Below, in pieces: positions 15,813-35,117 of a stretch of 64,000 nt of DNA. Numbering within the stretch: position 1 is the first letter of the stretch; each line of letters starts with the position of its first letter. This DNA is from the human T2T-CHM13v2.0 reference genome, Homo sapiens: assembly GCF_009914755.1 (NCBI RefSeq), contig NC_060930.1; one strand, given 5' to 3'. Below the pieces are notes generated by a model. That model was not told where the DNA came from. It worked only from the letters and a program-made list of their open reading frames with translations, and ran no database searches. The translations under genes were made by a program, and so were the position numbers.

Positions 15813-15923
15813 TTTGTAGGTGAGCTGCTCGGAGCCCACCGAGGGAGCTCCCACGGCCAGGTCAGGCACGCCGTCCACGTTAAAGTCCAACACAGCCAAG
15901 GCCGAGCCAAACCGACCTGAGGG
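15813..15923 (-). CDS. GPLD1: GPLD1 exon 15 (111 nt), FG-GAP repeat
   Basis: PSGRFGSALAVLDFNVDGVPDLAVGAPSVGSEQLTYK; ttcag / gtaagg. Confidence 0.97.
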
Positions 15924-16232
15924 CTGAAGAGGCACAAGTTTACTTCCCCTGGGCTGAGCCACGGCCTCGGAAAGAGCACTCCTGACCCCCAGGGAGTAGA
16001 GAGGCCTGGGACAACCCCCGCCCCCCGCCACCCAAAAGCCGAAGGTGCAGTAAGCTATAACATATCTGCAACACATCAGTTAGGTAGCTCTGCCCTAAGT
16101 ATATTTTCAGCATGTCTGTCTGCCTTGAGGGGAAGCAGAGATGCCAGAAAGTAGAGGGTTGGTTCTTATGAGTTCTAGATTTGTAGAAAATAGCCTCGTG
16201 TATGTTCAGACCCACATTAAGCACAAAACTTA

Positions 16233-16589
<357 letters not shown>

Positions 16590-16617
16590 CTAACATTTGT
16601 TGAATACTCAGGATGTT

Positions 16618-17165
<548 letters not shown>

Positions 17166-18511
17166 TATTGTTCTAAGCACTTTAAATGGATTAAGGTAGG
17201 AACTGTTAGCATCCTCACTTTAACAGTGTACAGATGGAAAACTCAATCTCTTCAGACTTTTTTTTTCCAAAGTGGACTTTCTAGATCTTTCTTATCCTAC
17301 CGTCTGGAATCAGCCTAAACCTGAAAGTAATTCACTGGGTTTTCCAATTCTTTCTCTTTGTTTTTGTTTTTTGTTTTTGAGATGGAGTTTCGCTCTTGTT
17401 GCCCAGGCTAGAGTGCAATAGTGCTTGGCTCACCGCAACCTCCGCCTCCTGGGTTCAAGCGATTCTCCTGCCTCAGCCTCCCGAGTAGCTGGGATTACAG
17501 GCATATGCCACCACATCTGGCTAATTTTGTATTTTTAGTAGAGACGGGGTTTCACCACGTTGATCAGGCTGGTCTTGATCTCTTGACCTCAGGATCTGCC
17601 CGCCTTGGCCTCCCAAAGTGCTGGGATTATAGGCATGAGCCACCGCGCCCGGCCAGGTTCTCCAATTCTTTCACAACTTACATAACAACGAATGGCCTTT
17701 CACACAGTGGTGCTTGCCACATAACACACATGCTGAAGGACCCACGTCCATTATTTATTAGGTAATCTCTCCACACCCGTGTGCAGTGGCATCTATAAGT
17801 GCTGCCCCTTTCTGTAAGGCAGAAACTTGATAAACAAGATAAGGTTGCCTGGGGACACAAAACACGCTAGGGCAGGGTGGGAACCAATAACTCAGGGCTC
17901 TGCCAGCTGAGGACTGGTTCATTTTATCACTATCAGCTGCACCATCCGGCCCTCCTACGGGCCAGCCAGTCATTCCGAGAGGAGCACAGAACTTTAAAGC
18001 AGGCCAGGCCTTGAGTTTCCTATCATAAACCTTCATTGTATCAATGAGGACACAGAGATGCTCACTGCAGTCAGGGCCTGAGGGCAGGATTTCCATCCTT
18101 CGTCCATGCCTTTATCTTGCCATCTTTGAAATGATCAAAGGTCACTAGGGGAGGAGGGCATGGAGCCACTTCCTTTCTCACCCAAGTGGTCTTTGAGAGA
18201 GTTTAGCAGCCACAGGAAGCAGGTGCCTCTCTTTATTCCCTGTCTATATGTGCCCAAAGGTTTACACTTTACACAACAGTCTGTCGGGGAAAGGCTTTGT
18301 AGAGAAGTAAGAAGCAACAAGATTAGATAAATTTATTTTGGAAATTTTTCATGTGGTGTCAGAAGGCCCTGAAAAATGCTGTCCCTCTGGGACTGTGACC
18401 TTACACACTGACCAGTCACCTTATTTGTACATGTTGGATTCAGAGCTCCTTTCATCAGAGCCTAAACTAGATCATAAATCATTGTACTTCTTATTTTTGA
18501 AAGCGTGTTCA

Positions 18512-18790
<279 letters not shown>

Positions 18791-19435
18791 TCAAAAAAAA
18801 AAAAAAAGCAAGCACGTTCAGGTGTGCCATCTTATTTTCTCTTCACAGGATTCACTTCACAGCGAAAGGGTAAGTGCCTTGCCTGGAACAAGAACCACGA
18901 CGATCTGACTGGAAGTCTAGGGTTCTCCCCCTAGCACTTGACACTCAGAGAATGCAGTGCCAGGCCAGTATCACCAAAAGCCCCACACTCATTGGTGACT
19001 AGTAGCAGAGCTCTGTCTACCCCACCCCCCCACGCTCCTCCTTATTGCTGTTACAAAAACTAAAGCCTCTGATGTTAGAAAAACTTTCCAGGACCCTAGC
19101 GCTCTCGGGAGGAATTAATGCTTGGACTCCACGAGGAACGTTTGTAGTCACTGCGGGTTTTTTCAGGTGATGAATAACCACTTAGGACAAAAGAAGGAAA
19201 TCTAAAGAAAGCCTGGCGTTTAGTTAATAGTGATGTACAGTGTTGTTTTTATTCTTAATTTTTGACAAGTATACCATAATTATGTAAGATGTTAACATAG
19301 GGGAAAATGAGTAAACAGTACATGGGAACTCTTTGTACTGTCTTTATACCTTTTCTGTGAATCTAAAATTCTGGACGGATGCAGTGGCTCACGCCTGTAA
19401 TCCCAGCACTTTGGGAGGCCAAGGTGGGTGGATCA

Positions 19436-19671
<236 letters not shown>

Positions 19672-20025
19672 TTAATTAAAATAAAATACTTACAAAGTTT
19701 TATAAATACATACATTTCGTGTGTGTGTGTGTGTATAAAGAGGTTTTATATTATCAATTATATTATCAAGAAATCACATCCCAACTGGCCACTCAAAGCA
19801 GTTCTCAATAGCATGTGTGTTTTTGGAAGGTATTAGACTAATGATAGAATAAAATAAATGATGTAAACATGCTTCTAAAACTAAAAAGTGCTTCACAAAT
19901 GTACACCACCAGCTGTTTGTTACTGTAATTATTCTTGTTATTAGTTACTCATCCTGGAGAATCTGCCACAAAATGCAAGAGTAGCTACTAACCACTAGAA
20001 GAGAAAGGATGAGATGGTGTCTCAC

Positions 20026-20212
20026 CTGGAAGCCTTCAAGGATCCTGTGGGCCTCCTTGTCCAGGTCCAGGTCAACAGGTGGCAGGCCCAGGTCATTGCC
20101 GTAGATGAGGTACACGCGCCCGATGTGGATGTGGCCGGGGCGGCTGTAGCCTGGTGCGCCCACCACGAGGTCACCGTGCCCATCCTGGTTGAGGTCAGCT
20201 GAGGTCATTGCC
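20026..20212 (-). CDS. GPLD1: GPLD1 exon 14 (187 nt), FG-GAP repeat
   Basis: AMTSADLNQDGHGDLVVGAPGYSRPGHIHIGRVYLIYGNDLGLPPVDLDLDKEAHRILEGFQ; ctaag / gtgag. Confidence 0.97.
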
Positions 20213-20823
20213 CTTAGGGAAGTGAAGGGACCCACCATGGTATGCACTGAGCACTAGGGTTAAAGCTGTCGCCTGCTTCTTTCCTTTCTAGAGCCCAGTC
20301 CATTAACTTTCTCTCACTGACTTTTCCACCCTGCATGACTGTTGTGAATATTCACTTCTCAGGTTGTATTGTTAGTGTGATTCAGTCTCATTCTTCAAGG
20401 GGAAAAATAAAATAAAAATGGACAAATCAAGGCCTCTAAGCATTTCTGGACTACATAACCTGAGAGGATGAAAAGTATACTCATGAAGCTTGTCTTATAC
20501 ACAAAACCAGGGCTTGCCTGAGAGTAGAGAGGAAATTCATGTCCAGCCAAGCCCCTCTAGCCAATGGCGCAGGCCACTTTCTGATCTGCTCAATTCGTTT
20601 CAATGTGTTATCTGATCAAAGACGAGCTTGTGTGAAATAGACTATGTTTTTACCACAGCCACAAAGGCACCTGGCAGTGGGCCAAATCAAGAGTCCCACA
20701 TGTTTAGTAGAGGCTCCTAGATGAGATTCCAAGAGCCACCAGTTACAGAGCTGGATAAACCGAGTCAAAGGTTCAAGTGTCACTACAGGGGCTGGAAAGA
20801 CCAAAAGTCATTTGTTTATTCTA

Positions 20824-21228
<405 letters not shown>

Positions 21229-22505
21229 CTAGGGATGCCCCTGTGGCTGGCTGTGCTTATGTAGCTGCCAGCCCAGCAGGAGGCCTTTCGGATCTTTCAG
21301 GGAGGTAGCCATACACACAAGTGAACGACCAGTAAAGACAGCATTCACCTCCCCATCTCCTGCACTAGAGCTGAATGCACAGAAGCCCTGAAAGGAAGGA
21401 CTGTCAGGAAATTGTGCCAAGGAAATGCAATGCCCTTTGGAATTAAGGAGTATGATTTTTTTAAAAAGCCTTCATCCAAACTTCCAGAAAATAGTCACTT
21501 TTATATACTTGGGGTTAGTTTTGTATGTTGTTGTTGTTTTGTTTTATTTTTTTATTTATTTTGGGGGCTTAGTTTTGGTTGAATTTTAAAATCAGAGGAA
21601 TTCCTAACATTCTCTTTATAAAACTGTCATGGTATACCAGCTTTTACCATATGAAGTTACAATATTTAAATCACTATAACAGCTATCTGCTTATATCCTT
21701 CTGATGTGACTAGATTACAAAAGAAATCTGTAAGAATTTATCTCCAAGAACATCAGAGCTTTACAAAAATTCCATGAAACAATCCTTTATTGTTGTGATT
21801 ATTTAGTAAACCGAAAGTTCCTTGTATTTAAACATATTTGACCAAGTGTAAGGAGATCATTTCATTGTTACAATAACTTAACCATTAAATTAATGCTTTT
21901 GGCCAGGTGCAGTGGCTCATGCTTGTAATCCCAGCACTTTGGGGGGCTGAGGCAGGTGGATCGCTTGAGCCCAGGAGTTTGAGACCAGCCTGGGCAACAT
22001 AGCAAGACCCCATCTCTAGTACAGAAAAAAAAATTTTTTTAATCAAATAAATTAATGCTTTTGTTGATGATGAATTCATTGACAAACAAGGTGCTAACAA
22101 GCACCATTTAAAACAGTTGCAGAGGGCTGGGCACAGTGGCTCACACCTGCAATCCCAGGACTTTGGGAGGCCAAGGCGGGAAGATCACTTGAGCCCAGAA
22201 GTTCGAGATCAGCCTGGTCAACATGGTGAAACCTTGTCTCTACTAAAAACATAAAAATTAGCCAGGCATGGTGGCGCGCACCTGTAACCCCAGCTACTGG
22301 GAAGCTGAGGCAGAGAATCACTTGAACCTGGGAGGCAGAGGTTGCAGTGAGCCAAGATCAAGCCACTGTACTCCAGCCTGGGTGACAAGTGAGACTCTGT
22401 CTCAAAAATAAAATAAAATAAAATGAAATAAAAAACAGTTGCAGAATGATTGAATAAAATTAATACTGAAGAAAACATTCACAAGTTAGATAAACTTATA
22501 CGTAC

Positions 22506-22645
22506 CAGCCAAGCCTCGCATAAGGAAATGACAAGAAGTAAGATGCTAAGGGGCTGGAGACGTGCTTTTGTGACAACTGAGAGCCACCTATGAACATTGT
22601 CCTTATGTTCCTTTCCAAAGCCTTGTAGATAAAGGACATGGAATC
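22506..22645 (-). CDS. GPLD1: GPLD1 exon 13 (140 nt)
   Basis: DSMSFIYKALERNIRTMFIGGSQLSQKHVSSPLASYFLSFPYARLG; ttcag / gtacgt. Confidence 0.96.
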
Positions 22646-22798
22646 CTGAAATAAAAGAATCATTATAGACAGTAAAGACACGTAGCATAATCAACAAAGC
22701 TACTGTTTCCTGTCCAAAGTATTGGACTTGTGTAAAGGAAATGAGTTTTTAGAAGTGCTAAACAATAAAATAAAACATTAGGTCCTATCAGCAAGTAA

Positions 22799-23181
<383 letters not shown>

Positions 23182-23322
23182 TAAAATTTTTTAAAAGACA
23201 AGTCTGTCCATGTGCAGTGGCTCACACCTGTAATCCTAGCACTTTAGGAGGCTGAGACAGGAGGATCACTTGAACCCAGGAGTTTGAGACCAGCCTGGGC
23301 AACATGGAGAAACCCCATCTCA

Positions 23323-23514
<192 letters not shown>

Positions 23515-23571
23515 TCAATGCAGAACTTTAATTGTATTTGTATATGTGTATATATATTAACAAACAAATAA

Positions 23572-23972
<401 letters not shown>

Positions 23973-24553
23973 CTAGGAGCCGTACACCACAGAATTTGGG
24001 GGACAACAAGCCCCTCAGCTTGGGATGCTGAATCGTTCTTAATGTGGTTACTGCAGAGACAAAAAACACAAACGAGAGTGGCCCTGAACAAGCTGGCCAG
24101 ATACTAGATCCATCCAAGTTAAGGGGACACAACTCTAAATCTGCCCAAGGGTGACATGAGACCAAACAAGATTTCCTAGGTCTGCTCCAAAGCAGAGCAC
24201 AGTTGGCTCAGAGCATGAAGGCAGCCCAGATGGCTCAGGCTCTGCAAAAGCACAGGGTCTGAGGATCTTTCAGGCACGAGTATGCCTTCTGCTTTGCCCA
24301 TTCTAATCTCACTGGCAGGCCATGCATAGATTGCTTCATCCTAAAGCCTAGCTCTGACTTGCTCATTCATCCAGGAAGCAATTAATCAGCTCCTACTATA
24401 TGCCAGGTACCACAGCAGACACTGGGAACATAAAGTCCCTCCTTAGACAATTCATTTTTTTGCAAAGGAGAAAATCCAAATATGGCAAGACAAAATGACA
24501 TGTGCTTTGATAGAGGTTCCCCTCCCCGGTCCGGGACCAGCTACATAATTTAA

Positions 24554-24670
<117 letters not shown>

Positions 24671-25162
24671 TAAGGTCAGGAGTTCAAGACCAGCCTGGCC
24701 AACATGGTGAAACCCCATCTCTACTAAAAATACAAAAAGTAGCTGGGCATGGTGGCGGGTGCCTGTAATCCCAGCTACTCAGGAGGCTGAGGCAGGGAAT
24801 TGCTTGAACCCGGGAGGCAGAGGTTACAGTGAGCTGAGGTGGTACCACTGCACTCTAGCTCAGGTGACAGAGCAAGACTCTGTCTCAAAAAAAAAAAAAA
24901 TTGTTAAGAATTTTAAGGCAGTGACAGCAGTATATTAAACCTAAACTAGGCCCTTCCGCAATTCTCAGAGACCCCATTCACAAAGTTGTCTAAACCCTTC
25001 TGACATTAAGAGCCCACTACAATCCAATGCCTACTTAGCTTCCTAAGCCTCTCACAGTAACTCATATTCCTTGTCCTGTGCTCCAGGCAAATACGACTAC
25101 TCAGATTTCCCAACACCTGAAACTTTCCCAACCCACTAACAGAAATGTACTCTCACTGATGA

Positions 25163-25522
<360 letters not shown>

Positions 25523-26285
25523 TAAAGTGCTGGGATTACAGGCGTGAGCCACCACGCCCATTCTCCCTACTATCTAATGATGCACTTACCGCACCATGGT
25601 ATGTGTTGCAGTCTACTCACATAATGGTTATTTTTGTATTTGTCACTCCTTTCAGACTGAAATTTTTTAAGGGTCAGAGTTCATTTGTCTTTCATTTTAT
25701 ATCCCCCAGTAGAGTGTCTTCACTTAACAGCTAACTTCATTGATTAATTTCATACACAATGGGGCTATGCACAGTGAGCCTTCAACATTGTGAACGCCTT
25801 TGGGACTAAGTCCAAAGAAGGATTGGCCTGGGTGCCCAGGGTCATCTTGACTTGACAGAGACCACTGAGGTGCAGACTCAGGGCATCTCCAGAACAAACC
25901 ACATATGGATGCCAAGAGTATTTGCCGGCCTGGCACATGCTTAGACCCAGGCTGGAGTGCACTGGCATGATCATAGCTCACTGTAGCCTTGAACTCCTGG
26001 GCTCAAGCAATCCTCCTGCCTTAGCCTCCCAAGTAGCTGTGACAACAGGCACAGCCATCACACCCAGCTAATTTATTTATTTTTTATAGAGACAAGGTCT
26101 TGCTATGTTGCCCAGACAGGTCTCAAACTCCTGGACTCAAGGGATCCTCTCAACTCAGCCTCCCAGCCACCACATCCCACCACAGGTAAATTTCAATGGA
26201 CAAATAAATACCCAGGGACTCAGCGAAACAAGGTATCTCAAGAAGCAGCATTCCTCTTTCTCAACTTAGAGCAGAAAATTCTTAC

Positions 26286-26406
26286 CGGGGTCCAGGAATT
26301 TACACTAAAGAACACTCCTCTTTCAGTATAGTTTATATTCCTGTCAACACTTTCAGTTAGGGATGTAGTCAAATTTCTGTGAAAATCATTTTTCTGCATT
26401 TTTGAG
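26286..26406 (-). CDS. GPLD1: GPLD1 exon 12 (121 nt)
   Basis: SKMQKNDFHRNLTTSLTESVDRNINYTERGVFFSVNSWTP; aacag / gtaag. Confidence 0.96.
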
Positions 26407-26871
26407 CTGTTGAAGAGAAAGAGGAATAAACTGGTTACGACTGAGAAAACAACCCCCCGTAAAACTGAGTTGAAGAATATAGTCATGTTAATCACAGGTT
26501 AAAAGACCACAAAATTTTAACGTCAGAAGGCTGAAGGAGCAACACAGAAAGTTTTAGAAAACCTTCATTTCACAAAATCTTTTAGTAAACACATTTCTAA
26601 GGCTTAAAAGCCTATCCTTATAAAACATATTTCCTATAATATCAGAGCTCTATGGTAGGAGTAAAAGGCTTCAATTCTTTCCAGATTATGAAAAAATTTA
26701 GCAACAGGTATCAGCTGGTGGGGAAACTGCTTTGCAAGCATACCGATTTTTTTTTTTTTTTTGAGACGGAGTCTTGCTCTGTCACCTAGGCTGCAGTGCA
26801 ATGGCACGATCTCGGCTCATTGCAACCTTCGCCTCCTGGGTTCAAGCAATTCTCCTGTCTCAGCCTCCTGA

Positions 26872-27054
<183 letters not shown>

Positions 27055-27504
27055 TGATTTATCTTCAAAGACATGCTAAAATTAATTATACAATAAAAAT
27101 ACATTTTCACATTCAAAGATGTCAACCAGCCAAAAAGCAGATGACTCAGGGAGCCAGAGAGGCTTCAGAAATGACTGAAGTAGGGAGTGGACAACAGCCG
27201 TAAGTGACGGGGCCCTGGGCATGACACCAACTAGTGTCAGGGTTCTGGCAACCCCAAGAAAGATTGCAAGCCTAATCAAAAGGTGCTCAATGTGATTAAA
27301 CAACAACAAAGTATGTTGAAGGAATGGTTTGCTAGGAAAAAAAGAAAAAGAAAAAAAAAAGTTACCCAATTCAAATACAACAATGACGACTTCACTGAAC
27401 ACTTTCTGTGTAATTTTCATTCTTCCAAAGTGCTAAGATCATTCCTCTCAGTACCTTTATCATTGCAATACTCTACTTTTGAGTATATCTCACTCTTGAT
27501 CATC

Positions 27505-27724
27505 CTTAAATATCCCGGTTAAGCCATCACTTCTTCAAGGAGAGCTCTTTTGTGCCCAGGGCCAGGACGCTCTGTTGCAAATCCCCAGAGCACCCTGCAT
27601 TTTTAATTCCTGACACTTAAATATCTGTTAAGCCATCACTTCTTCAAGGAGAACCCTCCTGTGCCCAGGCCAGGACGCTTGCAAATCCCCAGAGCACCTT
27701 GCATTTTTTCTTCCTAACACTTAA
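27505..27724 (+). repeat. ~111-bp tandem duplication
   Basis: CTTAAATATC..GTTAAGCCATCACTTCTTCAAGGAGA..TGCAAATCCCCAGAGCACC occurs at 27505 and 27616. Confidence 0.92.
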
Positions 27725-28132
27725 CAATGTCCACAATTACTTGTTTAGTGCCCAGCTACCTGCCAGGCCATATACCTGAGAGCAGGAACTGTTTCTGTCT
27801 TGTTCACAATGATATCTCTAGTGCCTGAACCAGTTCCTGGCACGTACTGATTAATAAATGATATTTTATTATTTGTGTTATTTTGTTCTATTTTATTAAT
27901 AAATATACACATATTTGTAATATTAATAACTTATTAAATGAATGCATAAATGACTGTCGGTTGGTACCTGACTCCAGCAGAAAATATCATTTCTTAAAAT
28001 ACAAACCAGGCTTCTGGCCCTTAACACTGAGGGCTTCTCCCAACACTGTCTCATCAATAAATAAATTTTCATGTAAAATCTGGGTGAAGTTTATGAGTAA
28101 GACAATAATATTGATAGTTACAATAATACTAA

Positions 28133-28452
<320 letters not shown>

Positions 28453-28734
28453 TAATGAGCAACTCAACATGTGCTAATTGCTTTACATCCACCACTGCAT
28501 GTCATCCACACCATAATTCTGGGAGTGTTGATGTGCTTTTTCCATTTTGCAAAAGGAGGAAGCTATAGCTCCAAAAATCAAGCAGCTTGTTTAAAAATCA
28601 CACAGCTGCAAGTGACAAATCTGGAATTTGAACCTACAGCTGTCTCTCAACAGATCCCGTGTTCTCAACCTCTATAGGGCATCTCCTCCAGGTGAGATGT
28701 ACTTTTTCTATGAACAATTTTGGAATCCACTTAC

Positions 28735-28800
28735 CCCTGGGTGTGGTTTTGCTGGCCGCCACATGCAATGAACAGAGGGTTCTCAGGCAGGTTGCAGTCA
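28735..28800 (-). CDS. GPLD1: GPLD1 exon 11 (66 nt)
   Basis: DCNLPENPLFIACGGQQNHTQ; ctcag / gtaagt. Confidence 0.95.
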
Positions 28801-30978
28801 CTGAGGAAACAGTCAAATGAGTTAGCCATTTGTCTACTTCTTCACAAGCATGAATTTTACCGAGAATCGGTAGTGCGCTTCAATCATCTCCCAAAGGCTT
28901 AAAGTGTTTATTACCTAGCCATACAGGACTAATTAAGAGCCCATGTTCTCCCAGAGAGGGTGGGTAGGCTGACGGTTGTCACTATCATGGTAATCCAGGA
29001 AGGCTCATGCTGCCAGTCACCCCAGACTCAGCCTTCCTCTTCCCTCCCCGCTCCACCTGCTGAGCTGTTCCACGCTAACACGAAACGTCTCAGAATTTGA
29101 GAGTGTTATCAACACTGGTTACCAATTATGTCACCTTCTGCCCAATTATACACATTTATGCCTATATGTGTCTGAATTTCTCAATTTCATTTCTTTAAAA
29201 AAAATTCCATAATTTCAATAATTAAATAGCTAATGAAGGATCCCCTTTTACAAGTGAAAAAGCCTCTGAGAACGTAAGAGATAAACTCTTCCCAATAGAG
29301 GCTTTCCCCCAACACTGAACAGAAGCACTGAGGAAGCAGGTATTAATATAAGAAGAGTATTCTGGAATGAAGACTATCTTAAGATTTGTATGGAGGTCAC
29401 TGAGGGAGGCTGGGGTAATACAAAAGTAATGTGGAGTGTAGGGGTGAAGAAAATTAGTTGCTGAAAAAGGAATTCCAAAAAGGAGGTGGGAAAAAGCTGA
29501 AGGCAGACTCTTCCTACCAAAACATTTCTCTGGCCAGGTTTGAGCTGAGGAAAAGGTTCTCTCTTTGGACCTTTTCTTGTCCACCACAGGACACAAAAGG
29601 CAGCCTTACAGCATTAGCACTATACTTTCAAATAGAGTTTGAGGTGAGTAGAGTTCTTGGCAATGTAACTACCACTACTTCATTGCTTTTTTAAGGAAAA
29701 TATACCAAATAACATAAGTGAGCTTTGGAAGATAACCTGTGTTAGTAAGCTGGGAAATGCCTGTTACTATGAACATATTTATGTTTTCCTTTCTGTTATG
29801 AATTTTTTTGTGTTGTCTCTTTTTGGAGACTTCTCTGAATTTCCCATACATTTTCATAAATTCTGATGAATCTTTCTTTGTATATGTATGCAAACAAGCA
29901 ATCAACTCATGGAATTTTATACCTTGGTAAATTGGGACAGGGATCAAGAGACAAGAAATATGTTCTTTCTCAATTATCTTTTCCTAACGAAAGAATAAGG
30001 TCCAGCTATCTTTCCTTAGCTATTTGGAGAACCAAACCAAAATTGAACACCAAAAAATGTTTTCCAGTTTGGATTATATAAAACAAGTAAGTGCAGGTCA
30101 ATCACTCAAACATGCCCTTATGTTATGAGTCCTTCCAATACAAACTTTGCTTCCTTCTAATAATAATAGTAACCAATACTTAGTAAGTGCTTACTCTATT
30201 CTAAACCCTTTACATGACTGATCTAATTTACTCCTCACAAAAATCCTATGGTAAAAATAGTATTGCTGTCCCAATTTTATAGGTGAGGAAATAAGATTTT
30301 GGAAGGTTTAGCAACTTGTTCCAGATAACTCAGTAGTGAGTGGCAGATCTCTTAAATTCTGTACAACCACGGCAGTATGCACCTAAAAACCCAGGTCCAC
30401 GGGAGAGCTTGGGGATTTTAGTTGAGGTTTATTTCACTATTAAAAGTGGCATTCATATGAGATTGCTATCCCTGCCAAATTGTTACTCACCGATTGTTAA
30501 AAACAAGTTTATTATGTACCAAGCTAAGGTCGAATTTGTCATCAAAGGGAATTTTGTTTCAAATCAACACAATATATAATTATGGTTAACACTGTTTGGG
30601 TACTAGCAAATGTTTATAAGGGTAAAGGAATATCACCCAGTATAATATTCTGGATCTACATTCTGTAGGCCATTCCAACTTATGAACAGCTAACTCTGCT
30701 ATGATCCTGACCTGGAACAGTCTCCCAGGCACAGGTCCCGCCCAGAGAACCCTCTTTCCCACTGCTGGTGGTACAGCCTAAGCTTCCCGCTCTGCCCTTT
30801 CCCCGATTCGGGGGCTGCCCTGTGCTTCCTAGCCACACCCACATCTCAACCCGGTTCAGGTCAGTAGTGGGGAGAGGCTGCATGTCCAACAGCATGATCA
30901 GAAATGGGTTCTCTGGGCCAGGCATGGTGGCTCACGCCTGTAATCTCAGCACTTTGGGAGACAGAGGTGGGTGGATCA

Positions 30979-31332
<354 letters not shown>

Positions 31333-31979
31333 TCAGGAGGTGGAGACCAGCCTGGGCAACATGGTAAAACCCCATCTCTACCAAAAATACAAACAATTAG
31401 CCTGGTGCAGTGGTGTGAGCCTGTGGTCCCAGGTACTCGAGACTGAGGCACAAGAATCACTTGAGCCCAGGAGGTGGAGGTTGTAGCGAGCTGAGATAAT
31501 GCCACTGCCCTCCAGCCTGGGTGACAGAACAAGACCCCATCTCAAAAACAAAAAACAAAAACACATGTGCTCTTAAAAAAAAAAGAAAAAGAAAGAAATG
31601 GGTTATCAGAAGGGCCTTGGCTCCCTCTGATCTAGGGGTAGTGTAAGACTCTGTGAGAGTCTAATGATCTACTACAGCTAGAAGTGGGGACAATCACAGT
31701 CTACCTTATCTATATTTCGGCTGAGTTTCTGATTAATTCTTGTCCTGAGCATGCTTAGGAGAAGAAAAGGAACTGGAGGTTCAGCAGCTGTCCCATCTGG
31801 GCTAGATGTCAAATTTCAACAGAATGTTTTACAAATGCATTTATTTCTCATTTTACGTTGGAGTGTGTGTCGGGGCATGTAGCTATAGCTCTATTTGCTT
31901 CTGTTTTTTTAGTATTAGGTGAGGTATCCTTTGACACCCTGAAACCCTGAGAGTGTAGTCAGGGTGGAGAGGTGTGTCA

Positions 31980-32126
<147 letters not shown>

Positions 32127-32683
32127 TCACTTGAGGCCAGGAGTTTCAGGCCAGCCTGGCCAATATGGCGAAACCTCATCTCTACTAAAAATACAAAAAA
32201 ATTAGCCAGGGATGGTGGTGCACACCTGTAGTCCCAGCTGATTGGGAGGCTGAGGCACGAGACTCCCTTGAACCCAGGAGGCAGAGGTTGCAGTGAAGCC
32301 GAGATCGTGCCACTGTACTCCAGCCTGAGCAACAGAGCAAGACTCTGTCTCAAAATAAAAAGAAAGAAACAAATGGAGCACCACCTGTGGAGGCTGATTC
32401 CTGCCTGGCTGAGCCATTTCTCACAGACCCCAAATATTGCAATAACTGTCTCTCTATTTCTAAAACACGAGCAGCATCAACCAAGCCAACTGGATGGGAA
32501 CCAGTCAAGTTTATAAGATCACTGAGTTTCCATTCTTTCCCTCTTTGAATAGGTTAGAAAAGCACTTCATGAGATTGTTTTGTTTTGTTTTTATGTGATC
32601 AGTTGAAAAACCTGAGAGTTATGTTGGGGGATGGGGTAAAAAGGCAGAGAGTGATTGGTAATAGAAATGCAATATGAATTCAC

Positions 32684-32823
32684 CTGGTCCCATTCTCCAA
32701 CATGAAGCTTGTTAGATGGTAAATATTAGTGGACCAAAATGCCATATCATCCAGTCCTCCAAGAAAATACTCTTGGAATTGTTCCACCAAAAACGGGGAC
32801 TTTGTAGAGTAAGTGGGATATAA
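32684..32823 (-). CDS. GPLD1: GPLD1 exon 10 (140 nt)
   Basis: LYPTYSTKSPFLVEQFQEYFLGGLDDMAFWSTNIYHLTSFMLENGT; catag / gtgaa. Confidence 0.95.
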
Positions 32824-32915
32824 CTATGGCAGAGAGAAAGAAAAAATAAAATGAATATGGTACTATTCCTGGTATCTTTATAATCCTTTAAGATTTGGAA
32901 GAATGACGCCTTTAC

Positions 32916-32943
32916 CTTGGAAACAGCTAGCATCTCACCATAC
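32916..32943 (-). CDS. GPLD1: GPLD1 exon 9 (28-nt microexon)
   Basis: YGEMLAVSK; tgcag / gtaaa; needed to keep the frame between exons 8 and 10. Confidence 0.93.
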
Positions 32944-33170
32944 CTGCAAAATAAACAATAATTTTGGCTGTGAGTTGCAGTTTGTAACAGAGAAATGAAG
33001 CAAATAATGAAGAAAAAGTTCCATCCACCCTTTTCCACCGTCATGCAACTGCCTTTGAATAAGCAGAATCCATAAATCCAAAATCCAGTCTCAGGAAACA
33101 AAAACATAAAAACTGTGCAAAGGAAGTCACAACAAAATCAGCTGCAAATTGTCCTCTGAGTTACGCTTAC

Positions 33171-33278
33171 ATTTCTAAGAACTGGATATGTGAACAATCA
33201 ACGATTACATTTTCGGTGATGACTTTTCGACCATACAGTTTCTCATAAATTCCCAGTAGATCTTTGACTGGCACATAC
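33171..33278 (-). CDS. GPLD1: GPLD1 exon 8 (108 nt)
   Basis: YVPVKDLLGIYEKLYGRKVITENVIVDCSHIQFLE; ttcag / gtaagc. Confidence 0.95.
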
Positions 33279-33776
33279 CTGAAAAATGCAGAATAAAGTA
33301 AGAGTTGTTTTGATTCTGAAGCTGAAAATAGTAACAACAGCAGCAGCAGCTACCAGTTATTCCGTGATTATTTTGTGCCAGGCACCATGTAAAAGTCTTT
33401 ACATGCACTAGTTATTTAATCCTAGCAATGACCTCAGGTGGTTAGTACTATCATATTCCCGTTTTACATAAGAAGAAATGATTAAGGCACAGAAAAGTTA
33501 AATAATTGGCCCAATGATGCAGAGCAAACAACTGGTAACTTAAATCAAATATTTATGTAGGTATACTCAGATTGGAAACTAACTATAACGTACAAAAAGA
33601 GTGGTTAATTTTGTGAATTCAGAGTTCAAGAAGTAATTTAAAGTATTTTCATTGTTTCAAGTTGAATTGAAAAGAATTATTTTAAAAACACTATTATAAA
33701 AATGTCTTCTCACCCTGACATCTTAATTTCAGAGTATATAAAGTATACAAAAAAGTATACCAAAGTATAAAAGTAT

Positions 33777-34991
<1,215 letters not shown>

Positions 34992-35117
34992 GTATAAAGC
35001 AATGAAAAGAATTCTAAATCAGGCTTTTGGTTCACAAATATTAGTTATTTCCATTGCAAAGAGCAGCATTTAAAAACCAGATTTATACTCAATCATCTTT
35101 TAATTTAAAAATCCTCA

